This document shows positions 40,176-53,800 of a DNA stretch of 64,000 bases, one piece after another. Source of the stretch: an uncultured delta proteobacterium (GTDB taxonomy: Bacteria; Desulfobacterota; Desulfobacteria; Desulfobacterales; QNYZ01); the NCBI GenBank assembly GCA_963845145.1, contig CAWJQU010000003.1, positions 128,001 to 192,000 on the forward strand, given 5' to 3'. The notes below the pieces were generated by a model that was not told where the DNA came from, ran no database searches, and saw nothing but the letters and a program-made list of their open reading frames with translations. Numbering within the stretch: position 1 is the first letter of the stretch; each line of letters opens with the position of its first letter. The translations under genes and the position numbers were made by a program.

Positions 40176-40544
40176 CTAAAATATCAATCCGGCTTCACGT
40201 GCACCCTCTGAAACCGCCTTAACCCGGCCGTGGTATAAAAAACCATTTCGATCAAATACCACCTTTTTAATACCTTCTTTGATCGCGCGTTCACCCACTT
40301 CTTTTCCCACCAAAGTGGCGACGGTTAATTTTCCTTTAAGATCCGTCTGATTCTTTATATTGGCTTCAAGGCTTCCAGCAGCAGCCAATGTTCGTCCAGT
40401 GGTATCATCGACAATCTGGGCATAAATATGTCGTGCCGATCGAAATACACATAAACGCGGTCGTTCCGTGTTGCCGTTTATTTTCTTCCGAATGCGTTGT
40501 TTTCGCTTTAACCGAGTTTTTCTTTTTAATCCAAGTGTTCCCAT
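40176..40544 (-). CDS. rplR: 50S protein L18
   Basis: RPRLCVFRS, FDRNGFLYHGRV. Confidence 0.98.
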   Translation of the reverse strand: MGTLGLKRKTRLKRKQRIRKKINGNTERPRLCVFRSARHIYAQIVDDTTGRTLAAAGSLEANIKNQTDLKGKLTVATLVGKEVGERAIKEGIKKVVFDRNGFLYHGRVKAVSEGAREAGLIF

Positions 40545-40568
40545 AACGCTTATACCTTCAATCCTTGA

Positions 40569-41108
40569 TTAAGCAGCACCGGCCTTACCGGCTTTTCGTT
40601 GAATGCGCTCTTCGGCGTATTTGATTCCCTTGCCCTTGTAAGGTTCCGGTGGACGAAGACGCCGAATGGCGGCGGCCACACGCCCTACTTTTTCCTTATC
40701 TATACTGGTCAGGCGAATATTGTTTTTTTTATCAACCGTGGCATTAACGCCATCCGGTAATATGAAATCAACCGGTTTCGAGAAACCGATATTTAGATTA
40801 AGGGTATCCCCACTAATAGTGGCTCTATAGCCAATACCATTAATTTCTAGTAACCGCTCAAAACCCTGGTTCACGCCAATAACCATATTGTTTATTAAAG
40901 AACGCGTCAAACCCTGTAACGCCCTGTTATTTCTTGTTTGGGCGGGAATGGTGACCTGAATAACGCCATCTTTAATGTCTAAGTCCACATTGGGATGAAT
41001 TGTTCGTGACAAACTCCCATTAGGACCCTGGACCTTAATCTCGCGATTTTGCCAGGTGATCTTGGTTTTATCTGGAACCGGTACGGGTTGTTTCCCTACA
41101 CGCGACAT
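40569..41108 (-). CDS. rplF: 50S protein L6
   Basis: MSRVGK, PEPYKGKG. Confidence 0.98.
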   Translation of the reverse strand: MSRVGKQPVPVPDKTKITWQNREIKVQGPNGSLSRTIHPNVDLDIKDGVIQVTIPAQTRNNRALQGLTRSLINNMVIGVNQGFERLLEINGIGYRATISGDTLNLNIGFSKPVDFILPDGVNATVDKKNNIRLTSIDKEKVGRVAAAIRRLRPPEPYKGKGIKYAEERIQRKAGKAGAA

Positions 41109-41165
41109 ACTATTTTCTCCTTGAGTCGACTGAATGCTGCCATTTGTTGATGATCAGACAGACGC

Positions 41166-41564
41166 CTACCATACGTGGCAAATCAGCTCTCCTCCAATAT
41201 TCTCTCGCCTAGCCGTCTTATCGGTCATAATGCCCCTGGAGGTAGATAAAATGGCGATCCCTAATCCGTTCAATACAGGCGGAATGTTATTTTTTTTAAC
41301 ATATACTCGTCTACTGGGCTTGCTAACTCGCTTTATCCCAAATATTGAGTGGGTCCGGTCCGGACCATATTTCAGGTATACCCTCAACACGCCCTGTTTT
41401 TGATCACTGACAAACTTATAATTTTGAATGTACCCTTCCGATTTGAGTACTTTCGCAATTTCTGTTTTCATTTGTGATCCCGGAATGTCGACGCTCTTAA
41501 AAGTAGCTTTTCCCGCATTTCGAACTCGGGTTAACATATCCGCGATTGGGTCACTCATCGCCAT
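41166..41564 (-). CDS. rpsH: 30S protein S8
   Basis: [12 protein letters not shown]. Confidence 0.97.
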   Translation of the reverse strand: MAMSDPIADMLTRVRNAGKATFKSVDIPGSQMKTEIAKVLKSEGYIQNYKFVSDQKQGVLRVYLKYGPDRTHSIFGIKRVSKPSRRVYVKKNNIPPVLNGLGIAILSTSRGIMTDKTARRENIGGELICHVW

Positions 41565-41659
41565 GGTTTTCTCCGTCAATATTTACTGGTTATTTGACCG
41601 ATAACATAAAATTTAGGGTTTCTTTCAACCGATACGCCTCGATCCCGGAAGGATAATCC

Positions 41660-41845
41660 CTACCAGCTCGACTTGGTGACACCGGGCAAACTTCCCTGTG
41701 AAGCCAGGGTTCGAAAACAAATACGGCAAATACCAAATTTTCTAATAAATGCCCGCGGCCGCCCACACATAGGACAACGGTTGTAAGCTCGAACTTTAAA
41801 TTTTGGTGTCCGCTTCGCTTTTACTTTTAGCGCTTTTTTTGCCAA
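41660..41845 (-). CDS. rpsN: 30S protein S14 (zinc-binding type)
   Basis: RCPMCGR, CRICFR. Confidence 0.97.
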   Translation of the reverse strand: MAKKALKVKAKRTPKFKVRAYNRCPMCGRPRAFIRKFGICRICFRTLASQGSLPGVTKSSW

Positions 41846-41937
41846 ACCATCTCTCCTCTTCGATCAAAATTCGATAATCATCAAAACAATTGACCAATTA
41901 TCTACTTTGAACCTTCTTCAATTCCATCACTCGCTAT

Positions 41938-42477
41938 CTAGTTGCGAAAAGGCATACCCATTAGTTTCAGCAGATATCTACCTTCTTCATCGGTCGCCGC
42001 CGTAGTGATACAGGAAACATTTAACCCTTTGATTTTGTCAATCTTATCATAATCAATTTCAGGGAAAATGATCTGTTCTCTGATCCCAAGCGTATAATTG
42101 CCATGCCCATCAAACCCTTTAGGAGATATGCCTCGGAAATCCCTGACACGAGGTAGAGCTACATTGACCAGTTTATCGAAAAAATCACACATTCGAGCTC
42201 GACGTAGCGTTACCGTGCAGCCGATGGGCATACCTTCACGAAGCTTAAATGCTGCAATGGATTTTTTTGCACGGGTGATCACCGGTTTTTGGCCGGCTAT
42301 CAAAGTTAATTCTTCCACGGCCGCGTCTAATACCTTTATGTTCTGGATGGCTTCTCCAAGCCCCATGTTAAGCACAACCTTAACGAGCTTGGGGATCTCC
42401 ATGACATTTTGATATTTGAATTGATCTTTGAGCTTAGGTACCAATTCGGTCTGATAAAATTGATTGAGATTCGACAT
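41938..42477 (-). CDS. rplE: 50S protein L5
   Basis: PRVRDFRG. Confidence 0.98.
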   Translation of the reverse strand: MSNLNQFYQTELVPKLKDQFKYQNVMEIPKLVKVVLNMGLGEAIQNIKVLDAAVEELTLIAGQKPVITRAKKSIAAFKLREGMPIGCTVTLRRARMCDFFDKLVNVALPRVRDFRGISPKGFDGHGNYTLGIREQIIFPEIDYDKIDKIKGLNVSCITTAATDEEGRYLLKLMGMPFRN

Positions 42478-42489
42478 GGATAATTCCTT

Positions 42490-42822
42490 TTACGCGTCGA
42501 TAATTTCTTCGCACTTACCACAAACCCGTACATGTTTGCCGTCTTCAAGCCGTTTTCGTTTTATACGGGTCGGTTTCACACATTTGCTGCACATCAGCAT
42601 GACATTGGCGATTTGAATCGGCGCTTCCGCTTCAACAATGCCACCTTGTTTGGTCTGAGCATTGGGCCGCGTATGGCGCTTAACGATATTGACATTTTCA
42701 ATCAGCAGACGGGATTTTTTCCTGTCGATCTTTAAAACCTTACCTATCTTACCCCGATCCTTGCCGGTTAAAACCTTCACTTTATCATCTTTTTTTAGAT
42801 GGCATTTACTCTGTGGCATCAC
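42490..42822 (-). CDS. rplX: 50S protein L24
   Basis: KDDKVKVLTGKDRGK. Confidence 0.97.
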   Translation of the reverse strand: MMPQSKCHLKKDDKVKVLTGKDRGKIGKVLKIDRKKSRLLIENVNIVKRHTRPNAQTKQGGIVEAEAPIQIANVMLMCSKCVKPTRIKRKRLEDGKHVRVCGKCEEIIDA

Positions 42823-42945
42823 TTTTATCCCCGCCGGAAATCAACCCGAAGCCTTTTAAAAAATGTTCGATACAATCCCGTCAGTCGAACAACAGTATCT
42901 TTTTTTAAAGGTCATGGTCAGATTTTAAATAGTTTCCATCGATAG

Positions 42946-43314
42946 TTATAGTACTTCAGGTGCCAACGAAATAATCTTCATAAATTTTTTAGCCCGTAAT
43001 TCTCTGGCCACAGGACCGAAAATACGCGTCCCAATGGGCTCACGCTGGGCATTAATAAGGACCGCTGAGTTATCATCGAATCGGATCAGGGAACCATCCG
43101 AACGACGAATTTCTTTTTTGGTTCTCACAACCACAGCCTTTAAAACCTCACCCTTTTTTACTTTGGCATTGGGCAAGGCTTCTTTAACCGTCACCACGAT
43201 TATGTCACCAATTCCAGCATAGCGACGCCGCGAACCCCCGAGTACCTTGATGCAATACAATTCCTTAGCACCAGAGTTGTCCGCAACGGTTAATCTTGTT
43301 TCTGTCTGAATCAT
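42946..43314 (-). CDS. rplN: 50S protein L14
   Basis: VADNSGA, SLAPEVL. Confidence 0.98.
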   Translation of the reverse strand: MIQTETRLTVADNSGAKELYCIKVLGGSRRRYAGIGDIIVVTVKEALPNAKVKKGEVLKAVVVRTKKEIRRSDGSLIRFDDNSAVLINAQREPIGTRIFGPVARELRAKKFMKIISLAPEVL

Positions 43315-43337
43315 CGTTTCGCCCCTTAAATCCCGTT

Positions 43338-43595
43338 TTAGACCGCTTTCTCGACAATTCGGGAAATCCGCCACCGTTTGGTTCGACTAATCGGCTTCGA
43401 TTCTGTTATCACGACCTTGTCGCCGATGCCGCATACATTATTTTCGTCATGGGCAGCAAATTTTGTTCGCCTGCGGATATATTTTTTATACAATTTGTGT
43501 TTAACCAACCGTTCCACTTGGACAGTCACGGATTTCTCCATCTTGTCGCTGACAACCGTTCCGACCATTTGTCGTTTTTTTCCTCTGTCTATCAT
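43338..43595 (-). CDS. rpsQ: 30S protein S17
   Basis: [10 protein letters not shown]. Confidence 0.97.
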   Translation of the reverse strand: MIDRGKKRQMVGTVVSDKMEKSVTVQVERLVKHKLYKKYIRRRTKFAAHDENNVCGIGDKVVITESKPISRTKRWRISRIVEKAV

Positions 43596-43624
43596 GGTTT
43601 TTTTAATACCCTTCGAATTCAACT

Positions 43625-43810
43625 TTAGTTCGACTCCCGGATTATCGTCTTTATCCGGGCGATGTCACGTTTGGTTGCCTTTATTTTAACAGGATTTTCG
43701 AGTTGACCGATTCCAAGTTGAAATCGCAAATTGAATAGTGTCTGCTTTAAATCAATCAGCTTGCTTTGCTGTTCTTCTGAACTCATATCCCTTATTTCGT
43801 TGGCCTTCAT
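43625..43810 (-). CDS. rpmC: 50S protein L29
   Basis: LFNLRFQ, DIARIKT. Confidence 0.97.
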   Translation of the reverse strand: MKANEIRDMSSEEQQSKLIDLKQTLFNLRFQLGIGQLENPVKIKATKRDIARIKTIIRESN

Positions 43811-44223
43811 CCGACACTATCCCTTTCAATAAACCTGGTTTTTATGGGTAACTTATGGGAGGCCAGTCGCAATGCTTCCTCGGCAATTTCTTTGGAAACA
43901 CCCTCCATTTCATAAAGAATACGTCCCGGTCGAATCACGGCAACCCATGCTTCGGGTGGACCTTTTCCTTTTCCCATTCTTACTTCAGCAGGTTTTTTAG
44001 TAATGGTTTTATCCGGAAAAATTCGAATCCAAATTTTTCCGCCGCGCTTTATTCGCCTTGTCATGGCAATACGAGCCGATTCGATCTGACGCGCGCTGAC
44101 ATAACCGCTCTCCAAGGCCTGCAGACCGTAAAAGCCAAAATTCAGGCGATTACCCCGCCGAGCCATTCCTTTCATTCGACCCCGCTGCTGCTTTCGAAAT
44201 TTAACCTTCTTGGGACTGAGCAT
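43807..44223 (-). CDS. rplP: 50S protein L16
   Basis: RMGKGKG. Confidence 0.98.
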   Translation of the reverse strand: MLSPKKVKFRKQQRGRMKGMARRGNRLNFGFYGLQALESGYVSARQIESARIAMTRRIKRGGKIWIRIFPDKTITKKPAEVRMGKGKGPPEAWVAVIRPGRILYEMEGVSKEIAEEALRLASHKLPIKTRFIERDSVG

Positions 44224-44256
44224 CTTTTGTATCTCCTAAAAGCCGATCCGCTATCT

Positions 44257-44904
44257 TCAGGCGCTTGCAGCCTTGTCATCTTTTAGAACTTCACCCTTAA
44301 AGATGAAGACCTTTATACCAATGGCGCCATACGTTGTACACGCTGTTGTAAATCCGTAATCAATATCTGCTCTTAACGTGTGCAAGGGTATGCGCCCTTC
44401 TTTGTATACTTCCGTACGAGCCATTTCTGCGCCGCCTAATCGCCCGGCACATATAATCTTAATCCCTTGAGCGCCAAACCGCATAGCCGAGGCAATTCCC
44501 CGCTTCATTGCACGTCTGAACGCTACTCTTTTAACAAGTTGCTGGGACACATTTTCGGCAACCAGTTGTGCATCCGTTTCGGGTTTACGAACTTCCTGGA
44601 TATCAATGGACACGTCCCTTGATACCATCCGCTCGATATCTGTTTTTAAAAGAGCAATCTCTGAGCCCTTTTTCCCTATGATTATCCCGGGACGCGCAGC
44701 GTGAATTCGTAATTTAATGCGCTTGGCCGAACGCTCTATTTCGATTTTAGCGATACCGGCATGTGCCAGCTTTTTTTTGAGAAAGCGGCGAAGTTCAAAA
44801 TCCTCGAGAATATACTCGGCATACTCTTTGTCCGCATACCATCGTGATTCCCAGGTTTTAACAATGCCTAACCTTAAACCCGTGGGATGTACTTTCTGGC
44901 CCAA
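44257..44904 (-). CDS. rpsC: 30S protein S3
   Basis: [16 protein letters not shown]. Confidence 0.98.
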   Translation of the reverse strand: MGQKVHPTGLRLGIVKTWESRWYADKEYAEYILEDFELRRFLKKKLAHAGIAKIEIERSAKRIKLRIHAARPGIIIGKKGSEIALLKTDIERMVSRDVSIDIQEVRKPETDAQLVAENVSQQLVKRVAFRRAMKRGIASAMRFGAQGIKIICAGRLGGAEMARTEVYKEGRIPLHTLRADIDYGFTTACTTYGAIGIKVFIFKGEVLKDDKAASA

Positions 44905-44917
44905 ATTGTACCCTCCT

Positions 44918-45265
44918 TTAGACCGTTTCGGCAGCTAAAATAACAGTTATATGGCTGCTTCTTTTTAAAATGCGTGTGCCCCGACCCCGAGCGCGAGCCT
45001 TGAATCGCTTCAAGGTAGGTCCCTGATCGGCAGTTATATTACGAATTACCAGATTATCGATATCAAGATCATGATTGGCCTCAGCATTGGCTACAGCCGA
45101 CCGAACAACCTTCTCAACAAGTCGGGCCGCCTTTTGCGGCATGAAATGCAGGCGATTGAGACCATCCTCAACGGGCAGCTTTTTAACACCATCAATGATC
45201 TTGTGTACTTTTTGCGGTGATATGCGTGCAAACCTTGCTACCGCTTTAATTTCTAAGTCAGCCAT
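44918..45265 (-). CDS. rplV: 50S protein L22
   Basis: RISPQK, RARGR. Confidence 0.97.
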   Translation of the reverse strand: MADLEIKAVARFARISPQKVHKIIDGVKKLPVEDGLNRLHFMPQKAARLVEKVVRSAVANAEANHDLDIDNLVIRNITADQGPTLKRFKARARGRGTRILKRSSHITVILAAETV

Positions 45266-45291
45266 GATTATCCACTTTCTTAGTACCGAGG

Positions 45292-45570
45292 TTATCTTAC
45301 CTTTGATTTTTTATCACCGGCATGGCTATAAAACGTTCGGGTCGGTGAAAATTCCCCAAGTTTATGTCCGACCATGTCTTCAGCAACAAAGACCGGAATA
45401 AATTTTCTTCCATTATGGACCGCTAAGGTTATTCCAACCATCTCAGGTACAATGGTTGAACGCCGGGACCAAGTTTTTATCACCTGCTTGCTGGATGATT
45501 TTTGCGACCTCAACACCTTTTGCATTAATTTCGGCTCGATGTAGGGCCCCTTCTTTACCGATCTTGGCAT
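45292..45570 (-). CDS. rpsS: 30S protein S19
   Basis: TWSRRS, GHKLGEF. Confidence 0.98.
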   Translation of the reverse strand: MPRSVKKGPYIEPKLMQKVLRSQKSSSKQVIKTWSRRSTIVPEMVGITLAVHNGRKFIPVFVAEDMVGHKLGEFSPTRTFYSHAGDKKSKVR

Positions 45571-45653
45571 AATTACTCCTGAGCTAAACGCGGTGCGCGC
45601 TAAATGATCAGCACGTTGACCCCGTCACTGGATTAAACGGGATTGCCAAATTC

Positions 45654-46478
45654 TTACTTTTTCCGTCTTTTGACAATATAGCGATCTGTACGTTTGTTTT
45701 TTCGCGTCCGGTACCCCTTTGAAGGAACACCCCAAGGAGAACAAGGATGGCGTCCACCGGAGGATCGGCCCTCGCCGCCACCCATAGGATGGTCCACCGG
45801 ATTCATTGCGACGCCCCGAACTCGGGGTTTTTTGCCCAGCCATCGCTTACGGCCGGCTTTGCCAATGGACAAATTCTCATGCATCACATTCCCCAATTGA
45901 CCGATGGTCGCCTGGCAGTTTCCTAAAACCATTCGAACCTCGCCCGAGGGAAGTTTGACGAGCGCATATTTACCCTCTTTAGCCATCAATTGCGCATAGG
46001 TTCCGGCGCTTCGCACAATTTGGCCACCTTTTCCAAGGCGTAGCTCGATATTATGAATATGAGTTCCCAATGGAATTTGTCTCAGTGGTAACGCGTTACC
46101 GGGTTGAATATCTGCTTCCGGTCCACTCATCACCATGTCTCCGACGCTCAACTTCTGCGGTGCCAGAATATATCTTTTCTCACCATCCACATAATGAAGA
46201 AGCGCGATTCGTGCGGATCTGTTTGGATCATATTCGATTCCAGCGACCTTGGCTGGGATATCAGCTTTGTCACGTTTAAAATCGATGATTCGATAGTGAC
46301 GTTTGTGCCCCCCACCTCGATGGCGAGACGTTATGCGCCCGTTATTATTCCGCCCGCCTCGGGATCGAATCGGTCTTAATAGTTGTTTCTCGGCAGGTTT
46401 ATCGGTAATCTCCTCAAACGTATGGTAGGTCTGAAACCGTCGTCCCGGAGAAGTGGGTTTTACTTTTTTAATAGCCAT
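45654..46478 (-). CDS. rplB: 50S protein L2
   Basis: EYDPNRS, MNPVDHP. Confidence 0.98.
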   Translation of the reverse strand: MAIKKVKPTSPGRRFQTYHTFEEITDKPAEKQLLRPIRSRGGRNNNGRITSRHRGGGHKRHYRIIDFKRDKADIPAKVAGIEYDPNRSARIALLHYVDGEKRYILAPQKLSVGDMVMSGPEADIQPGNALPLRQIPLGTHIHNIELRLGKGGQIVRSAGTYAQLMAKEGKYALVKLPSGEVRMVLGNCQATIGQLGNVMHENLSIGKAGRKRWLGKKPRVRGVAMNPVDHPMGGGEGRSSGGRHPCSPWGVPSKGYRTRKNKRTDRYIVKRRKK

Positions 46479-46552
46479 TTTCCCACCCTGTTAATTGGCA
46501 GATTTTTCTATTTTCAGCCATATTTAAGTGCTTAGTAAGATACATAGCCCGC

Positions 46553-46840
46553 TTAAGCTCCTTCAAAAAACTCGATTCTTTCGCCAGGCATGAGCGTCAC
46601 GATAGCTTTTTTCCAGTTTCTGCGTCTACCGAGGATCCGACCTCTGCGCTTTAATTTTCCACGAATTTGCATTGTTCGAACCGAGGAAACACGAACACCA
46701 AAAACCTCTTCAATCGCTTTCTTAATCTCAACGCGATTGGCCCTGGGAGCCACTTCAAAGGACAATTGATTAAATTCATCCTTTTGTATCGTGGTTTTCT
46801 CGGTAATAAGCGGCCGCCTAACAATATCATGTGCAATCAT
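46553..46840 (-). CDS. rplW: 50S protein L23
   Basis: PLITEK, WKKAIV. Confidence 0.97.
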   Translation of the reverse strand: MIAHDIVRRPLITEKTTIQKDEFNQLSFEVAPRANRVEIKKAIEEVFGVRVSSVRTMQIRGKLKRRGRILGRRRNWKKAIVTLMPGERIEFFEGA

Positions 46841-47460
46841 GCCGCCAGTCTCCTTTCGATTCCTTCAAGGGAAGATGTCAGCAGAATTAAATGTTTATGT
46901 TTAAGGATATCGTAAACATTTAAGCCAGCGACCTTTAGCACCTTGACACTCTGAATGTTCCGAGATGACAAATCTAAATTATTATCAATCTGATCGACGA
47001 CCACGAGTGCATTGTCAATGGAAAGGTTTTTCAAGACCCCAACAAAGTCGCTGGTTTTGACCCCTTGAAGTCCAAAACCTTCCAGAACCATCAACTCGCT
47101 ACTTGATAATTTGGTGCTTAAGGCCATTTTAAGCCCTAATTTACGTACCTTTTTCGGTACCTTATGCGCCCAAACTTTAGGGTGAGGACCGAAAACAACG
47201 CCTCCACCCCGAAGCAGTGGCGATTTAATGTCTCCGCGTCGTGCTCGTCCGGTTCCTTTTTGGCGAAACAGCTTACGGGTACTGCCTTTAATATCGGATC
47301 GATTTTTAACACATGCCGTACCGGCGCGTTTTGCGGCGAGTTGCATAGTGACGATTCGATGAAGGATATCCGGCTTGACAATCACACTGTAAATATCATC
47401 CAGCAGTTCTGCTTCTGATACTTTTTCAGCCTTATGGTTCAATACGTTGATGACAGCCAT
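46837..47460 (-). CDS. rplD: 50S protein L4
   Basis: QKGTGRAR. Confidence 0.97.
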   Translation of the reverse strand: MAVINVLNHKAEKVSEAELLDDIYSVIVKPDILHRIVTMQLAAKRAGTACVKNRSDIKGSTRKLFRQKGTGRARRGDIKSPLLRGGGVVFGPHPKVWAHKVPKKVRKLGLKMALSTKLSSSELMVLEGFGLQGVKTSDFVGVLKNLSIDNALVVVDQIDNNLDLSSRNIQSVKVLKVAGLNVYDILKHKHLILLTSSLEGIERRLAA

Positions 47461-47462
47461 AA

Positions 47463-48095
47463 TTAGTTTCCTGCCTTCGATCTAATAATCCTCAGCATTC
47501 CTGATTTTGGGCCAGGCACTGCCCCTTTAAAAAAGATCAGATACTTATCCGGCCGAATATCGACAATTTGAATATTGCAAACCGTTTTACGCTCGCAACC
47601 GTAGTGACCCGGCATTTTTTTCCCCTTGATTACTTTGGAGGGTGTCGCACTGCATCCAATGGAACCAGGGATACGATGGCTGCGGCTCCCGTGGGTTTTT
47701 CCCCCACCATGAAATCCATGTCGTTTGATAACACCGGAGAATCCACGTCCTTTAGTGGTACCGGTAATATCGACCCGCTCACCCACCTTAAATATGTCCA
47801 GGGGAACTTCCTGTCCAGGCTTGAAATCGCTTGGGTTTTCCACTGGTACCTCGCACATATAGCCAGACGAAGTGAGTCCGCTTTTGGCTAAATGTCCCTT
47901 TGATGGGCGGTTAACACGACGTTCCGACCTTGTACCAAAGGCAAGCTGCAAGGCATCATAACCATCATTTTCGCGTGTTTTCACCTGAGTGACAACACAT
48001 GGCCCCACTTCGACCGCCGTCACAGGAACATAGTGGCCGTCGTTACTAAAAAGGCTCATCATTCCCAGTTTTTTTCCAATTAGTCCACTATACAT
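47463..48095 (-). CDS. rplC: 50S protein L3
   Basis: GKKLGM, KGRGF, KGKKMPG. Confidence 0.97.
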   Translation of the reverse strand: MYSGLIGKKLGMMSLFSNDGHYVPVTAVEVGPCVVTQVKTRENDGYDALQLAFGTRSERRVNRPSKGHLAKSGLTSSGYMCEVPVENPSDFKPGQEVPLDIFKVGERVDITGTTKGRGFSGVIKRHGFHGGGKTHGSRSHRIPGSIGCSATPSKVIKGKKMPGHYGCERKTVCNIQIVDIRPDKYLIFFKGAVPGPKSGMLRIIRSKAGN

Positions 48096-48115
48096 ATCGC
48101 CCAGATTCCATCTTT

Positions 48116-48427
48116 TTACAATTTAATTTCAACATCGACTCCGGGGGAGAGGTCCAGCTTCATTAAAGCATCAACCGTCTGTTGAGTCGGTTCCAAAATA
48201 TCCAGTAACCGCTTGTGCGTTCGAATTTCAAACTGCTCTCTGGATTTTTTATTCACATGAGGGGACCGCAAAACACAGTATTTATTGATAACCGTGGGTA
48301 ACGGAATGGGGCCAACAATACGAGCTCCGGTTTTGTTTGCCGTATCTACGATATCCGTGGCCGATTGATCCAACAATTTGTGATCATAGGCCTTTAACCG
48401 GATTCGAATTTTTGTATTCATTATCAT
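48116..48427 (-). CDS. rpsJ: 30S protein S10
   Basis: [17 protein letters not shown]. Confidence 0.98.
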   Translation of the reverse strand: MIMNTKIRIRLKAYDHKLLDQSATDIVDTANKTGARIVGPIPLPTVINKYCVLRSPHVNKKSREQFEIRTHKRLLDILEPTQQTVDALMKLDLSPGVDVEIKL

Positions 48428-48441
48428 GGCAGTATTCTTTC

Positions 48442-49635
<1,194 letters not shown>

Positions 49636-49700
49636 CAGAGTCCCTCCACCATTACAAATGGATTGCGTACGTTTAAAACTTTTAGTTCAATTTAGTATAA

Positions 49701-49784
49701 GAGCCGATGCAACAGAGATTATAACGTGCTCGGCTCAGGAAGTAATCGCCGCTATAAACGTGTTTCAACCAGCTTTTATAGCGG
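49701..49784. other. Two hairpins in the rpsG-tuf spacer
   Basis: GAGCCGA...TCGGCTC (49701-49736) and CCGCTATAAA...TTTATAGCGG (49749-49784). Confidence 0.55.
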
Positions 49785-49803
49785 GCCACAAATCATTACC
49801 TAT

Positions 49804-50274
49804 CTACCATCGAAAATGGGCGAAGGCTTTATTGGCATCTGCCATCTTATGCGTGTCTTCTCTTTTCTTAACCGAAAGTCCCTTATTATCTGCAGCATCA
49901 AGAATCTCGGAGGCTAGCTTGGCAGCCATTCCTTTTTCATGCCGACTACGGGCATATGAAATCAACCAGCGAATGCCTAGAGCAGTACGTCGACTGGGGC
50001 GAACTTCCGTAGGCACCTGATAGGTCGACCCACCCACCCGTCTGGATTTTACCTCTATTCGGGGCCGGACATTATCAATGGCCTTTTCAAAAACAGTTAG
50101 AGGCGGTTGGTTTAGTCTGCTCTCAATAAGATCAAATGCATTATAGAATATCGCTTCGGCGGTACTCTTCTTTCCATCCCGCATCAACTTGTTGATGAAT
50201 TTGGTTACAAGTTCATTATGATATTTGTGGTCCGGGACCACGCTACGATGCGGAACTTCTCTTCTTCTTGGCAT
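49804..50274 (-). CDS. rpsG: 30S protein S7
   Basis: [21 protein letters not shown]. Confidence 0.98.
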   Translation of the reverse strand: MPRRREVPHRSVVPDHKYHNELVTKFINKLMRDGKKSTAEAIFYNAFDLIESRLNQPPLTVFEKAIDNVRPRIEVKSRRVGGSTYQVPTEVRPSRRTALGIRWLISYARSRHEKGMAAKLASEILDAADNKGLSVKKREDTHKMADANKAFAHFRW

Positions 50275-50336
50275 ATCCGTTACCTTATGGTGTTACCCTG
50301 ATTTAAAAACGAATCTTCGATCCTTTAATATCCAGT

Positions 50337-50708
50337 CTACTTCGGTTTTTTGGTGCCGTATTTTGAACGACCCTGTTTGCGGTCGTCTACCCCTAAAGTG
50401 TCCAGCGTTCCGCGGACAATATGGTAACGCACACCGGGTAAATCTTTGACTCTACCACCGCGAACCAGTACGACAGAGTGCTCTTGCAAATTGTGCCCCA
50501 TGCCGGGAATGTACGCTGAGACTTCAATTCCAGTTGTCAATCGAACACGCGCTACCTTACGAAGCGCAGAGTTTGGCTTTTTGGGCGTTGAGGTATATAC
50601 GCGCGTACAGACACCCCGCTTTTGGGGTGCACCCTTCAAAGCCGGGGTGCCGGTCTTTTTCTGAATTCGTTTTCTGCCTTTCCGCACAAGTTGATTAATT
50701 GTGGGCAT
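50337..50708 (-). CDS. rpsL: 30S protein S12
   Basis: [10 protein letters not shown]. Confidence 0.99.
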   Translation of the reverse strand: MPTINQLVRKGRKRIQKKTGTPALKGAPQKRGVCTRVYTSTPKKPNSALRKVARVRLTTGIEVSAYIPGMGHNLQEHSVVLVRGGRVKDLPGVRYHIVRGTLDTLGVDDRKQGRSKYGTKKPK

Positions 50709-50853
50709 TGTTTCCTCGTCGTATGGTTTTACCGCATGGTTTTTTTTATTAATTTGCTCTGTCCGGCAAAATGAATATATTTATGCCTTCTTATGGCGCT
50801 TGTCAAGCGATATTTGCGAAAATTAACAATAATCGCTAAGGCACCCAACACGT

Positions 50854-53800
50854 TTATGGGCGTGATATATCGCCATAGCTTTTTACCCCTGTTCCACATG
50901 GAATGAGCCGCCCCATAATGACATTTTCCTTGAGACCTTTAAGGGTATCAACGCTGCCGGCAATGGCTGCATTGGTAAGTACTTTGGTCGTTTCCTGAAA
51001 AGAGGCCGCTGAGATAAAGCTCTCGGTTGAAAGAGATGCTTTGGTAATGCCTAGAATGAGGGCCTCGGCCTTGGCCGGCTCGCCGCCCTTTTCAACGATC
51101 TTGGCGTTCTCTACCCCAAATCGAATTTTATCTACCTGCTCATCGGGAATAAATTCGGTATCTCCGGCATCAATGATTTTTACGCGCCGCATCATTTGCC
51201 GCACAATAACCTCAATATGCTTATCATTGATTCGTACCCCTTGGAGTCGATAAACTTCCTGAACCTCGTCCACAAGGTATCTGGCCAACGCGAGTTCGCC
51301 TTTGATATTCAATATGTCCTGTGGAATCGAAGAACCGCCAATGAGTGGGTCACCAGCGCGAATATAATCCCCCTCATAGACATTGATGTGCTTTCCGCGA
51401 GGAATCAGGTATTCCTTCTTTTCACCGACATCCACCGGCGTAACGGTCACTCTTTGTTTTCCTCTTTTCATTGATTTGGACACCGAAACATATCCGTCGA
51501 TTTGACTTAAAACCGCAATTTCCTTGGGTTTGCGCACTTCAAATAATTCTGCAACACGTGGCAAACCACCGGTAATATCCTTGGTTTTTGTCGTCGCACG
51601 CGGGAGCTTGGCAACCACGTCTCCGGCCAGGACCTCATCACCTTCTTCAACCAGTAAAATCGCTGCAACCGGTAATATATAGCGAGCAACCCCTGATTGA
51701 CTCGAAAGTTTGGCTGTTTTGCCACCTGTATCCTTAATCGAAATTCGAGGGCGATCATCCGCGTTTCTTGATTCAATTATCGTTCGGCTGGATTTACCGG
51801 TAACCGGGTCGACCTTTTCTTGAATGGTTTTTCCCAATTGAATATCGCCAAACTTAACAATTCCATCCACTTCAGTGATAATCGGTGTGGTAAAAGGGTC
51901 CCAGGATGCCAGAAGATCGCCGACACCGACTTCTTGACCATCCTCAATCGCTATATTGGCCCCATAAATAACAGGGAATCGTTCCAATTCACGGTCCTTT
52001 TCGCCCATGATTGCGAACTCACCCCCTTTGCGGTTCATGACGATGCTTTCATTACGCGCATTTTTAACCACGTTGAGTTCCAAAAACTTAATCCGGCCGC
52101 CGATCTTGGCCCGAATATCGGCTTGCTCTACACGCCGACTGGCGGTACCTCCGATATGGAAAGTACGCATGGTAAGCTGTGTTCCCGGCTCGCCAATGGA
52201 TTGAGCCGCCATGATACCAACCGCTTGACCAATCTCCACCCGATGCCCCTGAGCCAGATCCCGTCCGTAACAGGTGGCACACACCCCGCTTTTAGCATTA
52301 CAGGTTAAAACGGACCGGATTTTTACTTTGGCAACACCCGCTGTTGTGACGCGCTCGACCAGGGCCTCATCGAGCAGCTCCCCGGCTTTAACCAAAACTT
52401 CTTCGGAATAGGGATCGACGATATCTTCCATTGTGGTGCGGCCCAGAAGCCGTTCACCCAACGCCTGAATAACCTCGCCACCTTCCATCAGGGGTTCTAC
52501 CTCCAGCCCGATCATGGTACCGCAGTCAATTTTCGTAACCGAACAATCCTGGGCGACATCGGCTAACCGCCGTGTCAAATATCCGGAATTGGCTGTTTTC
52601 AAGGCTGTATCGGCAAGTCCCTTCCGGGCCCCATGGGTTGAAATAAAATACTGTAGTACGGAAAGACCTTCCCGAAAGTTTGCGCTGATAGGCGTTTCGA
52701 TAATTTCCCCGGAAGGCTTAGCCATCAGCCCACGCATACCGGCCAGCTGACGCATTTGGTCTTTACTACCTCGCGCGCCGGAGTTGGCCATCATATAAAT
52801 GGGATTCATGCTGCTTTGAAATACCGGTTCGCCGTGATCATCTTTTTCGACCCCGCCGCTTCCTGTAACGGGCTCCAATTTCATGGCTTCCATCATTTCA
52901 TCCGCCACTTCATCCGTGGCACGAGCCCATATATCGACGACTTTATTGTATTTCTCACCGGTCGTGATTAAACCTTCAGTGTATTGCTCCTGAATTTCGG
53001 CAACCTGCGTTTCGGCCTGCTTAATGATATCCCATTTGGCGCCTGGAATGATCATGTCATCAATGGAAATAGAAAGCCCTCCCTGGGTCGACATTTGGTA
53101 ACCGATATCCTTTAGTCGATCAGAAAGGATGACCGTTGCCTTGGCACCGAGATTACGATATGAAAAATCGACTAAATCCCGCAGTGCCTTTTTATCCAAT
53201 ATGCGATTAACCACTTTAAACGGAATCTCGGGTTGCTCATCCAACACCTCAAAGATGTGATAGGTGTCATCCGTAAAGATAATATCGCTGACATCACCCT
53301 TTTTCAGTTCAAAAAGCGAATCGGTCACCGCCACATCCGCATCGAAAACTCTTGAAAACTCCTTTTTGCTCAGGCGCCCCAACAGCCCTTTGTCGCCCTG
53401 ATCCGAATGTTTCGATTCAGTCTCAACCAAATCAACGAAAGACGCGCCGCTTTGTATTTTTTTTAAAACCGCTTGAGCCTTTTTCTTGGTTGCCAGTTTC
53501 ATACGGCGCAACACCATGACACGTTCCTTGGGCAAAATTTCCCAGAACAACACCCGCCCCACGGTTGTTTCAATGCGTTCGTCGTGAATCCGAACCGTTA
53601 CTTTTGCATGTAATCCCACTTTGCCGGCATCGTAGGCCGAGCGGACCTCACCGACATTTGAAAACTTGTGGCCTTCACCTGGAGCACCGACGACATCCCG
53701 GGTCATATAGTAGGTACCCAGTACAATATCCTGGCTGGGAACGATAATGGGGCTGCCGTTGGCCGGAGATAGGATATTATTGGACGACAGCATCAATACG

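Noticed and set aside
51590..52150. Large insertion in the RpoC trigger loop
   Set aside because: This is the known SI3/beta-prime i6 domain of proteobacteria
53233..53526. RpoC insertion as an intein
   Set aside because: No N-terminal Cys/Ser, no terminal His-Asn and no LAGLIDADG motif
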